Assembly: GCA_013239625.1 (NCBI GenBank)
Contig: MU053594.1
Span: forward strand, 1,197,701 to 1,217,700
From: Lama guanicoe
Lineage: Eukaryota
DNA length: 20,000 nucleotides
Direction of reading: 5' to 3'
Made by a program: the position numbers and the translations under genes. Shown in pieces: positions 1-10,335 of this stretch. The notes under the pieces are model-generated. The model had not been told where the DNA came from. It ran no database searches and saw only the letters and a program-made list of their open reading frames with translations. Position 1 is the stretch's first letter. Each line of letters starts with the position of its first letter.

Positions 1-1380
1 AGTTCACTTTCTCTCTAGTTTTTTGAAATTTCTAGAGCATCACCTGACCTTGATATGGGGGAAGGAAGAAAAAAAATCCTACAAATACAAAAACAAATCT
101 TGTTCCTTTTAATCTAGAAATCCATTATCTCTTCAATTCCAGCTTTAAGATTCAGAGCTAATATACGATGCTAATAGCTCCTGAAGGAGGTATGAATTCA
201 TTTCTGATGTCTGCTGTGGTCTTAAAGTCATTTGACCACAGGCTCCAGGAACAAGCAGGTCCCTGAGGGTTGTCCCTTGCCTCTGCTCCCTTCTCTGGCT
301 TCTCCAGGCTCAATTTTCACCACCTATTGCTTTTGCTTATAGTTCTGTAAATAATCTCATTGCCACGTAAATGCTGACTCCCTCTAAGAGGATCTGGTAA
401 ATCCCGATTATAAATTCGTGTCCCTACTTCTAACCAGCTCACTCAGCCCCCTGCCTTGTCCCTGCTGGAGGGAAATGCATACTGGGGGCTCAGTGACCAG
501 CTCACAAGTTTAGCAAATGAATGAACACATTTCCTGTCCACAGGGTACAATTGCACTTGGAAATAGTCCCTGGCCTCGGCCAGCGCATCAGGTCCACATC
601 CCAGTTCAGGACACTTCAAGGGAGCAGGAGGAACAGCTGTTACCCAGATGAAATGCTACTTGCTTTCAGCGCCTTCCCTTAACAACCTAGCCCCTTCTCT
701 GCCAGGTCATGGCTTGGCCCAGGGCCGCTGTCCGGCACAGTCCTGCTGACTTAGAGTCTCTGGATTTTCACCATTTCATAAGCAGCAAATACCAAAGGCA
801 TCTGATCTCCGCGCATCGGCTAGAATGAATGACTCCCTCGTTAGGGCCCAGGGCTTACTGCTTTAGGGTCCCCCGCTTCAGCTTCCACGAGGAGTGCTCA
901 CAGAGGCTGGGCTGGGAGGCCTGAGGGAAAGGCACCGAGGCCCACTGAGAGGTGGCCCAGGGGACAGGAAGCCTGCAGACACTGCCGGGAAAGGGCAAAA
1001 GGAGGAGCTGAGAAGTGAGGGAGGGGCCACAGCTCCCCAACTGAACGGAGGCGCCCAGCAGGCCAGGTATGGGAGCAAACAGAGGCAGGGCCAGAGGAGC
1101 CCGGCTCCTGGCCGGGGGCCAGGGCTGTCCTGAGCTCCGCCCAACTGCTCTCCTCGCCTGCCAAGTCTGGCTGCTTCTCTGGGCCTTCTGGAAATGGTAA
1201 ACCTCCCTCTTTGTCACCCTGGGTTAACTTTCAGGGAAGCAAGGAGCAGAGAGAGCCACAGGGACTAGCTTCCACCAGATTCAGATTTTTCTCAGCCCTG
1301 GCTTGCCTCGGTTTCCCCACAAGGTTAAATAAAGTGAGTGGAGACAGAGCAGACGCAAGGAAAGGCAGCGTTCAGATGAC

Positions 1381-1830
1381 TCTAGGCAGCAGCGCCGCTG
1401 CCCGCCGGCAATGACCAGGGCCGGTCAGTAAAGGAGCCCCCGTGGAGTGTGATCTGCCGGCCCCTCACGCCCCCTACGGCTCCTTTGCCCGCAGTCTGTG
1501 CTGGTCCTCCCATCCCAGCACCAACCGCGGCCCCACATCGCCCTGCTGGTCTCCTGCGAGGGGAGCTGCCGCCCGGCTGGGTCTCAGAAGCCCCTGGGGA
1601 TGCTCGGGCTGCTGTAAACAATACTGCAATTTGCCTGTAAACTGCCAAAGTGGCAGCTTCCCTGACACCCGGGCATCAAGCCTCTCACTGCAGCAGAGAA
1701 GCACACGGGCTCGCTCCTAGACCACCCCGCGCGGGCCCCCGCCTACTACGCCTGGACCGGGAGGCCCCCTTCGTGACTGTGGCAGGGGCTGCCCCGGCCG
1801 CTGGGGGCCTGGCCTCACCACACCCAGATC
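1381..1830. promoter_or_regulatory. CpG-enriched, GC-rich segment (borderline CpG island or enhancer-like)
   Basis: About 30 CpGs by manual count in about 450 bp, clearly above the flanks (e.g. CCCCGCGCGGGCCCCCG near 1726-1741). It contains an AT-rich motif core at 1612-1656. Confidence 0.4.
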
Positions 1831-2039
1831 CTGCCTGATGAGTCTGCTCGAGTGACAGGTGCTGGCTGGTCACATGCCGGGGCACAAGTCCACTCTCCAT
1901 GGAAGCAAAGAGGAGGGAGGACGGGGCTCCAGGAGGGCCGTGTCGGGAGGAGGCGACGCTGTTAGCGTCTTCAGAAGAGTGGGGGCAGGTGTAGCCCAAG
2001 ACCCAAGACCGCCCTGGACCTCACCCCCTCCTACTGGGC

Positions 2040-2190
2040 TGCTTACATGACGTGACTTTAGGCAAAGCTCTGAGCATCTCTGAAATCTCTTTTTCTCACT
2101 GTAAAACAGGAATAATAAACCCTACCTCATATACTCGTGAAGATTAAAGATAATGTGTCCAGCACATAATGGATTTTCAATAAATGTTAA
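2040..2190 (+). mobile_element. MIR SINE fragment (core plus 3' tail)
   Basis: gtgactttaggcaaag..ctctgaa..tttctcactgtaaaacaggaataataa..cctacctcata..gtgaagattaaa..caataaatgtta follows the order of the MIR consensus. Confidence 0.85.
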
Positions 2191-3132
2191 TTTACCTTCC
2201 GTCTCTCCCAGCCCGGTGTGGTGATTCTAAGTGGGGTAACGGTACTCAGTCAATAGTCTCCCCTCCAATCAGAAGCCTCTTCCATGCGCTGTGTCTTTAA
2301 ACAACCATTAGGAGTCAGCTCACCAAGCCATCTGCTCGTGTTGATTGCTGAGTGTTTCTTGGAGGTGGCTTTGAGCCTCTGCTTGAACACCTCTAGGGAC
2401 AGTGATCTCATTAGCTCCCAAGATAGCCCATTAGTTTTAGAGAGAGCTGCCTGTCTGAAAGTTCTTTCTACGTCGCTGCGATCTGCTTACCTGTAATTTT
2501 CACCTGTTGGTGTCAATGGCCTCCTCTGGAACCACCTGGACAGGTCCGATTCTGATCCCTCCCCTGCTTGGCGCAGCGGGTGGCACATAGAAAGCACAGA
2601 CCTTGCCCACGGGGAGTCAAGATGACAGAGGGGAAAGGCTGGGAACTTGCTGTCTTGCTTGCTGTGTCTGTGGGATGTGAAGCCAGGGCCCTCTCGGTGG
2701 GTTTCAGTTCCCCCCTCAGAATCCGGAGGAAGGGTGGGTTGGTCCACTGGTACTGGGCACCTGAGGGTGGCATGGGGGATGCAGTGAGCCCGAATGACCT
2801 CGCATGGTGCTTAATTTCCTGACCTGAGCGGGGCCTGGGCCCAGGCAGGTCCTGCAGCAGCTGCCTGGGGTCCTGCGTCCTCTGTGGTGGCCAGGCTCCC
2901 TGCTGTCCCTGCCAAGATGGCCAGCCGGCAGCACTCAGAATTATTTAATGGAAGTGGAATTTTTTGTGCGACGCAACCAGGACGGTGCTCTGTGCACGCC
3001 GGCCAAGTGTTTGGCAGCCGGGACTACTCTGCAGTGGGCAGCCTCGTGTTTGAATCCCCTAGAAAGGAGCCCGCTTGGTGGGGGAGGACTGGGGTTGGGC
3101 AAGGTGGTGCTTGGGTTTCCTCTGGGAGAGAA

Positions 3133-3164
3133 GGGGAGCCCTGGGGGTGGGGGGAGGCAGGGGG
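3133..3164 (+). other. Canonical G-quadruplex motif
   Basis: GGGG-agccct-GGGGG-t-GGGGGG-aggca-GGGGG has four G-runs of 4 or more with loops of 1-6 nt. Confidence 0.6.
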
Positions 3165-4244
3165 AGGAGAGCTCGCTGTAACTGGAAGTACGATCAAGGG
3201 GCGAGATGGCAGGGTCTGCAAGAAGGTGAGGTCGATGGGGTCCGGGCTGAGACACAGCATCCCCGCCTCTATGCCCTGTTTCCAGCCGAATGCTTGAGGG
3301 CGGCTAGGGCAGCTGGTGCCGGCGACCCTGCAGTGTGGCCAGCTCTGAGCAGCACCCCGTGACCAACGGGAGGCTGTGGCAGCTCAGAGCGGGGTCCGGC
3401 TGTGGCCTGGGTTCCCAGGCCTCCGTACCTCCCCTACAGCTTCACCGACCCCACCCCGCGGTGGCTGGCGGTCAGCCCCATGGAAACAGTCTGCTTAACG
3501 TGACGTTACCCGTGGAAGCCATCTCTGCTACGGAGCCTCTGCCAGCCTCCTCTGTGCAGGGGCAGGCACCCTCGTGGCCTGGAAATGTCAGTTCTCTTCC
3601 GCTGGGGTTCCCTCTGCCCCGCCCCCTTTCAATTTGGGGAAATTTGTGTCTCCAGGGCGGGTGGATGTCTCTCCCTCCTCCCTGAGGTGGGAAGTCCCTC
3701 TGTGACCCAGGCCTGCATCTCAGGGCCTTTTGCCCAGAAGCCCCTAACAAGCTCCTTGTTCTTGCTCTGGGCCCAGAACAGTGGTGTGTTTTGAGGAATC
3801 AAAACCCCTCTTGTCACAAATACGTCTCCTTAGGCCTGCCAGACGCAGGCAGGTGCTGAGAATCCCCCAGTTCCAGTCTTGTGTTGTTCAGAATGATTTT
3901 TCTTCAGATAGACCCTGTCAAAATGCAAATGTTACCCGGAGGGAGGGGTAACACATTAACTTATTACCATCCATTATCACTTTAGTGCCGTTTATCAGCT
4001 TCCCAGCTGTGAACAGAGCCTGGGGAGAGAGAATGTGGAACAGGTGAGGTTTAACACAGAAAGATGAGAGAGGAGCCCTGGGCAGGATGCGGGCGGGGCC
4101 CAGGCAGGTGTGGAGCAGTGAGGGAGATGGCAGGAGGCAGGGAAGCCCACGTGTCCCGTCCTGGTGCCACCAACGGGGCTGCTTCCCCAAGCCCCAATGT
4201 CACCTCATTTTCAGGAAGGGGCCTCCTTGGATGAAGAGCCCTTC

Positions 4245-4913
4245 AAATAGACTTACCCTAAGTCTATGATCCAGCAATCCCAATCCTGGGCATATATCTG
4301 GAGGGAACTCTAATTTGAAAAGATACATGCACCCCAATGTTCATAGCAGCACCATGTACATAGCCAAGATATAGAAACAACCTAAATGTCCATTGACAGG
4401 TGACTGGATAAAGAATGTGTGGTATATTTATACGATGGAATATACGATGGAACTCAGCCTCAAAAAAGAATAAAATAATGCCATTTGCTGCAAACATGGA
4501 TGAACCTGGAGATCATCATTCTAAGTGAAATAAACCAGAAAGAGAAAGAAAAACACCATATGATATCACTTATATGTGGAATCAAAAAAAAAGATGCAAA
4601 TGAACATATTTACAAAACAGAAACAAATTTCCAGACATGGAAAACAAACCGGGGGAGAAAGAAGGTGGGAAGTGATCAATTGGGAATCTGAGATTGGCAG
4701 ATACTATTATGTATAAAATAGATAAACAATAAGTTTCTACCGTATATAGCACAGGGAACTATATTCAATATCTTGTAGTAACCTATAATGAAAATGAATA
4801 TATGTATGTATAGGTATGACTGAAACATTATGCTGTTTACTGGAAATTGACACAATGTTGTAAACTGACTATACTTCAATAAAAAATTAAATTAAAAATA
4901 AACAGAAAACAAA
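4245..4913 (+). mobile_element. 5'-truncated LINE-1 (end of ORF2, 3'UTR and A-rich tail), cetartiodactyl-type
   Basis: tatgatccagcaatcccaatcctgggcatatatc.. encodes the ORF2p YDPAIP-LGIY motif. ORF 4485-4691 contains TWMNLEIIILSEINQKEKEKHHMISLICGI (ORF2p C-terminus). The 3'UTR has gcacagggaactatattcaatatcttgta and ends tatacttcaataaaaaa. Confidence 0.97.
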
Positions 4914-5595
4914 GAGCTCTGAGGATTATTTCAAAATCGTTACATTTCATTTTGCCATATATTATTGTCCTTCCTAACATTTTGGTCCTTACGCTAAGAG
5001 TAGTATTAATCTATATTCCCTGAAGACACCCTGACTGACGGGGAGGAAGAGGAGGCACACACTACAGGGCAGGGAAAGTCAGGCTGAGATTAAAACCCTG
5101 CTACTCATAATTCTCAGAAAGCGTAGCCCACACAGAGAGTAGATAAGCAAGCGATGGCAGCCCTAGGCGATTTTCCTATCCATCCCCCGCGACAGAAAGA
5201 GGTCTTCTCTCTTCTTGCCTCCAACAGCCACACCAAATAGGTATGATGCGTTTGTTTATTTCACAAAGAAAAGAAACGACTATGCTTTACAACCATAAAG
5301 TCCTTCCAGGGAAAGGCCCTAAATCCACAGGCTCGCTGCAGACAGTGCAGGGTGTGCAGGTGGAAAGCGGGGAGAGGGAGCAGGGTTGGGGAGCTGAGGA
5401 CAATCCAGCGGAGGAAGGAGCCAGCGAGGATGGGGAAGCAGGGGAGAGGACTCTCAGCTGTGGTGCAGAGCGGAATGGAGGCCGGCTGGCACCAGGCTTG
5501 AACAGGGCTGCTGAGGTTTCTGTGAATAATTTCGTGGGGACGGTGCTGCTCTGTCACACCCTCCTTAATCCCCAGCAAACCTGCAGTAAAGTCTG

Positions 5596-5608
5596 ACACA
5601 CACACACA
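5596..5608. repeat. Short (AC)n microsatellite
   Basis: acacacacacaca, followed by gtgtgtgtg at 5616-5624. Confidence 0.7.
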
Positions 5609-7994
5609 GATGATAGTGTGTGTGGAGTGTGTTTGTAATTCCTACGAATCCCACATCTTGGCTGATGTGTCATAAACAAAGGACAGTAGGTGTGGTCAGC
5701 AGGATGGCCATGGACCCAGCTAATTCAGAGGGGACACAGCTGTGAGCTGGGGTGATCAAGAGATTATGAGCCACCTGTGGACTTGAAGAAATCTTGGGTG
5801 ACATTTGACGTCCACAGACTGAGTTGGTGATGGGTCCAAACTGACACTAAAACTATGCCTTCGGGTCCAAGGAGACCCCCCAGACAGAGTGTAGAGGGAC
5901 GCTGCTTGGGGATATTGGCTGATGTGTTTTTCCCAGGGATTTCTCGTATCTCCTCCTTCCCCCTTGTGGGAGGCAGCAGCAAGGCACTGAGGGAGCAGTG
6001 ATAGAGTTCTTGTATTCCAGTGGCAAATCTTGCCTTTTCTGTTTCAAAAGCCCAGCCCTCAAAGCAGGAGAGGGGAGAGCCCAGGACAAAATCAGAAGAT
6101 TTGGAGCAACAGGCAATCCATCAGAGCCAGTCTGTCCACACCCCTTGGAGTCAAGATGCGGCCAGCTGGGCTGGAGGATGGAGAGTGGGGAGGCAGGGGG
6201 GTGGTTCCTGGCGTGTCCCCGAGAGAGGAGCGGGCTCCATGTCGCGCTCTCCAGGCTGTGTCCAGAGGCTGGCTTGAGTAATAACAGAACTTCCAGATTG
6301 AAGGGGGAGATCAGAGGGTAGAATATTTGCGGTCTCTCTCCCAGTGAGAGGAAAGTAGCAATTTCTACAGTTCCAGGATGCCTAGCCCGGCGTAGGGGCT
6401 GAAGACCCTTCTGAGGTGTGTGCAGGTGTCCGGGGAGGGTCCTTGCAGAGCAGAACGCGTGGTGTGCAGCTGAGAGCTGTTGGCTTGTGGCTCGGAAAAG
6501 CCCAGGAACTTGGGACAGCTCTGTCCCTGGGAAGAGGAGGGCCCAGCCGTCACCCCTGTGGCCCGAGGGCTGCAGCTGGGACAGGTCAGGGACTGTGAGT
6601 GGATGCTAGTGTGGCAAGAGAGGATCCCAAGGATGGAATCACCGCCTTTTTCCACTCCAGTTAGGGGCATGAGGCAGCTCTCTCCAAATCAGAGACCATC
6701 TCCCATCGAGTGAAAAATGGGACCCCTGAAATTAACTGAGGTTAATTTCCTGCCACAGAAAGGAAACTCAGAATCAAAAATCATTTCAGTCGTAGCGGCA
6801 GTCTTTACGCCGCTTTACTTCTAGCGTACAAGATTCTGTGGTCTTAGGTTCTTACCCAGGGCAGCACTTGGCTCGGGGAGCTTTGGGTCTTGGCCCAGCT
6901 GTGGGAGGACAATACCGGCTCAGGAGGTAGCGGGTGTCAGAGGGGCCCCATCCTCCCTGTCCCGTCCTTTCCGGGGGAAGGAGAACAGAGTGAGGGCAGG
7001 GAGCCTTTTTCTGAGGAGGTGTACTTCAAAGCAGTGTGCTCAGACCCAGAGGAGCCAGAGGCCTCCTGTTTCCTCCCTCACAGAACCTTGCCATTTCAAC
7101 CCCATGGTCGCACTCTCTTAGCCAAAAGGATGAAACTGATGCAGGCCAGATGCTGGGATTCTCTTAGCAGCACAGCGAGAGCCTGACCGCCCCCCACCGG
7201 GCTGGCGGGGGACTGACTCATCAGTAAGAAAACGCCCAAACGAAAACAGTGACAAGTGTCAGGGGAGAGGAAAACTGTCGATGAATGATCCCAGGATGGC
7301 CCTGCAACAGACACCCCAAGGTCGAGGTGTAAAACCCGGGTCGCCCCGTTTGGCAGGCAGTTGTCCCCACCCACTGGCGGCGGGTGAGGGGACATGGGGA
7401 CATCCGAGCCTCCTCAAGTTGCCTGCCCTGGAAATTCACAACATGGGTCCCTGCTTTGGTAGGTGGCCAACCCTCCTCCACCCCCTCCTCCTGAATCTGT
7501 AGAAAGGCTTTTCTCAGAGCTCAAAGGAGGTAGGATTCCTGGCCTTGTACTGCCTGCTTTTCGTCTTGCTGAATTGTTCTTGTACCTTTTCTCTGGTGAG
7601 TGAGTGCCATTTATCCAGCAGGAATTAACCAGTTTACAGTCGTACACTCCTTTTCTTGGCTTCTCTTGTTTTCTTCGTCCGCCCTTGAGTTTCTGGAGTT
7701 TCAGCCGCCTCAACTCAAGGCTGAAGGGAGAGTTCCACAAGCCACTTCCTGGGCTGACTTTTAGGATTTAGGGTGACAGGGGATGGAGTGTTTTAGCATC
7801 TGCTCCCCAATTGGAAAATTCACCTCAACCTCCCAGTGATGGTGGGGGGTGATGGATAGAGAATTAGATGGCCCAAGATTTGCACCAGACTAAAAGGAAT
7901 ACTGCCCCCCCCACCCCAGAGGTCCCATCCCCAGAGGTCAACCATTAATCACCTTCCAGAAGCCTGTTGCAAGGTTTGTAATGGAAATGTCTCC

Positions 7995-8008
7995 GTTGTC
8001 ATGGTAAC
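7995..8008. promoter_or_regulatory. RFX X-box motif
   Basis: GTTGTC-AT-GGTAAC is a near-palindrome that fits the X-box consensus GTTGCCATGGCAAC / RTHNYYWTRRNRAC. Confidence 0.55.
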
Positions 8009-8289
8009 GGTAACCCTGGCTGGCCTGGCCAGAGGCTGCTCTAGGCAAGCCCTGCTCTTCTGGGTTTCAGGTTTATTAACAAGCTGCAAGTTCCAGGCTG
8101 GTAGGTCTTAAAAGCAGCTCCTTGCAGTCAGGGGCCCAAGGGAATGCCTAAGTGACCTAGGCCTTACCTAGCCCTTAGTCAACAACATGATTCCAAATTC
8201 ACCCATTCCAGGAAGATGAGACCTTTCACCACATCACTGACTAACACCGTGCCCACTGATTGGCCCACAGATGGGCAGAATTGTAGATT

Positions 8290-8466
8290 TGAAAAGTCCT
8301 GGGCTTTGGAGTGGAGCCACCTAGGTTTGAATGTCAGCTCTGCCAGTTAACAGCTGTGTGTCTTTGGGCAGGTTACTAAAACTCTCTGATCTGATCCTAC
8401 CTCTCTAAGCAGGGGAAGCAATACCTAGTTCGCGTGTAATTGTTTGACTCCAATAAGATAATTGTA
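8290..8466 (+). mobile_element. MIR SINE
   Basis: gaaaagtcctgggctttggagt..cctaggtttgaatgtcagctctgcca..agctgtgtgtctttgggcaggttactaaaactctctga..aatacctag matches the MIR 5' region and core. Confidence 0.9.
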
Positions 8467-8471
8467 CAGGG

Positions 8472-8632
8472 CAGGAGCGGCAGACTTTTTCAATAAAGGG
8501 CCAGACGGCAAATATCTTAGGTTTTACAGCCACACGGTCTCCTTTGCAACTGCTCAACCCTGCCCTTCGAGCACAAAAAGGACCAGAGCCAACAGTAAGT
8601 AAAGAGCATGGCAGCGTTCCAACAAAACTTCA
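8472..8632 (+). mobile_element. MER58A-like hAT-Charlie non-autonomous DNA transposon (right end degenerate or missing)
   Basis: caggagcggcagactttttc-aataaagggccagacggcaaatatcttaggtttt..gcaactgctcaaccctgcc..gttccaacaaaactt is colinear with the recalled MER58A consensus. Confidence 0.88.
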
Positions 8633-9349
8633 GAGTCTGCTGGCCTCCAGTGGCCCTTGTTGGGGTGTCCGGGCTGAGCACGCATTCTAGGTGGGAGCTG
8701 TATCCGAATGAATGATGTGCATCACGGCCACATGGAGAAGGGACTCCAGTGCAGGGCAGCAGCGAGGTGCCCCGCTGATGGCAGGACGAGAGGCTCAGGC
8801 TGGCCTGGGAGTCGGGCTGCCACAGGCTTTGCAGGGACGCATCTCTGGGGAGGCGGGCAAGTGGCCTGGCCAGCTGTGTGCTGGGCTGTGATTTATTAAC
8901 GCTCTTAGCCCAGGCCTTCCTGAAAGAGGTTTGCTGGGAATGAGGGAAGGAAATGGGGTACCCAACCCACTCACGATGCTGCTTTACGCCTGCTCCGGGC
9001 AGTGAGGTTTTCCTGGACCCTCTAACAGCAAAAGGGATTTGGAAACTTTTAAGTTCTCTGTTCACTGGTTCCAAACAGCCAGTGCGTAGGGATAGGCCAA
9101 ACTGTTTGCCAGAAAGGCACTCAGCCTCCCCAAAGGGTAAGCAGGCCTCAGCCATCGGTCCACCTCCTGGTGAGACAGGAGGCTGAGGTGCATCCGTCTT
9201 TGCAGCCTGGGCAGCGACCTGCTTTCACAACTCAGGCCAGTGACTTTCCAGGCGGACTAGGATCAGGCCAGTGCCCACCAGCAGGTGTCAAAGGGCCTCA
9301 CGAGGGAGGTAGAGCTTGGTACTGGTTTGGATGAGCCTCCACATGACTA

Positions 9350-9440
9350 CAAGGCAGGGTTTCCCCATCTGGGCCTCAGTTTACCTCTCTGTAAAATCGG
9401 TTCACTCCCCCTGCCCTGTCAGCCTCCGTGAGGCCGAGTA
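9350..9440 (+). mobile_element. MIR core fragment
   Basis: ctgggcctcagtttacctctctgtaaaatcgg resembles the MIR core ctgagcctcagtttcctcatctgtaaaatggg. Confidence 0.7.
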
Positions 9441-9684
9441 GGTGCGGGGAGAAGGCTGGCTGACGGGATCTGTGGGAGCAGGCGGTGCACGACTCCCAGT
9501 GATTTCTATTTCTGTGGTCTATGCTGATGACACGGTGTTTTCTGCCGACAGGAGCCCAGCAGCTGTTCCCTCCCGCTCACCCCTGCGGCGTCGCTGTGAG
9601 GGGGAGTATTTCTAGTGCTCACTGACAGCTTTCAGTGCCAGGGGATGCTTTCTTCAGCTCCTAATGGCGACGCCTTACATGTGG

Positions 9685-9860
9685 ATGGCACTTTACAGTT
9701 TACAAAGCAACTTCAGAGACCAGCCTCCAGAACACCCTTTTGAGGTGGATCCGGCAGGCTGGTCCAGGCCTGCGTCAGGGATGAGGAAACACCTGCCCGG
9801 TTAGATGCGCTCACCCTGTGCCTGGTTTATGCCACCATCGGGGGCGGAGCTGGGGGCTGG
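9685..9860 (-). mobile_element. MIR-family SINE fragment, antisense
   Basis: gcactttacagtttacaaagca..aacacccttttgaggtgg..gatgaggaaaca..ggttaga matches the reverse complement of MIR. Confidence 0.7.
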
Positions 9861-9942
9861 CAGGCTCACCCCACAGCACTGGGCCGCCCCATCCACTTCA
9901 CCTTTGCTTCCACAAAGCCTCTCGGGAAACCTGCTCCCTGAT

Positions 9943-9961
9943 NNNNNNNNNNNNNNNNNNN
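9943..9961. other. Assembly gap (19 N)
   Basis: Run of N directly followed by an 18-nt poly(A). Confidence 1.
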
Positions 9962-10005
9962 AAAAAAAAAAAAAAAAAAGAATAGAAAAGAAAAGAAAAA
10001 AAAAT
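9962..10005. repeat. Poly(A)/(GAAAA)n low-complexity tract
   Basis: A18 followed by gaatagaaaagaaaagaaaaaaaaa. Confidence 0.9.
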
Positions 10006-10307
10006 CGTTCTAGCTCACATCTAGCTTTTCACTGTAATAAGAGTACTAAGGAATAGTTTATTTGGGAGGAGTGGTGGGAAGTAAATTATAAAAAGAAAAA
10101 AAGATGAAGAGGGTTTCTATGCTGGAAAGCTGCTTTCTGTCCCCAGAACTGAGCTCCTGCTAGCATCGCTGGCTCAAAATAAATCCCCTTTTCAGATGTG
10201 ACCCTTTCCCCTAAGCCTTCCACAAACTCAAGCCAGATAGGTTTGAGGGAGAGTGTGAGCTATTTTCACCACCATCTGGGGTTCTCCCTATTCTTTGCTG
10301 GAGGGGG

Positions 10308-10335
10308 AAAAAAAAAAAAAAAAGAAAAGAAAAAG
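10308..10335. repeat. Poly(A)/(GAAAA)n tract
   Basis: A16 followed by gaaaagaaaaa. Confidence 0.9.

Noticed and set aside
855..3817. Many overlapping 60-137 aa ORFs on both strands
   Set aside because: They are Pro/Gly/Ala/Arg-rich, overlap each other, often start at non-ATG codons and show no homology. This is expected from stop-codon scarcity in GC-rich sequence.
4264..4879. Minus-strand ORFs over the first L1 (and 17290-17658 over the second)
   Set aside because: These are antisense translations of L1 sequence, not genes.
4230..4920. AAGAGC on both sides of the first L1 as a target-site duplication
   Set aside because: The match is only about 6 bp, the following bases diverge, and it is not flush with the 5' junction.
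5596..5632. (CA)n...(GT)n fold-back
   Set aside because: Complementary simple repeats of low complexity, with no evidence of function.
7414..7740. Basic Lys/Arg-rich ORF on the minus strand
   Set aside because: It has a non-ATG start, the basic bias simply mirrors the T/C-rich plus strand, and I recognise no family.
8517..9155. Longest ORF (212 aa, minus strand)
   Set aside because: It has no recognisable domain, its 3' end runs through the MER58A transposon, and its composition is typical of a chance ORF in GC-rich DNA.
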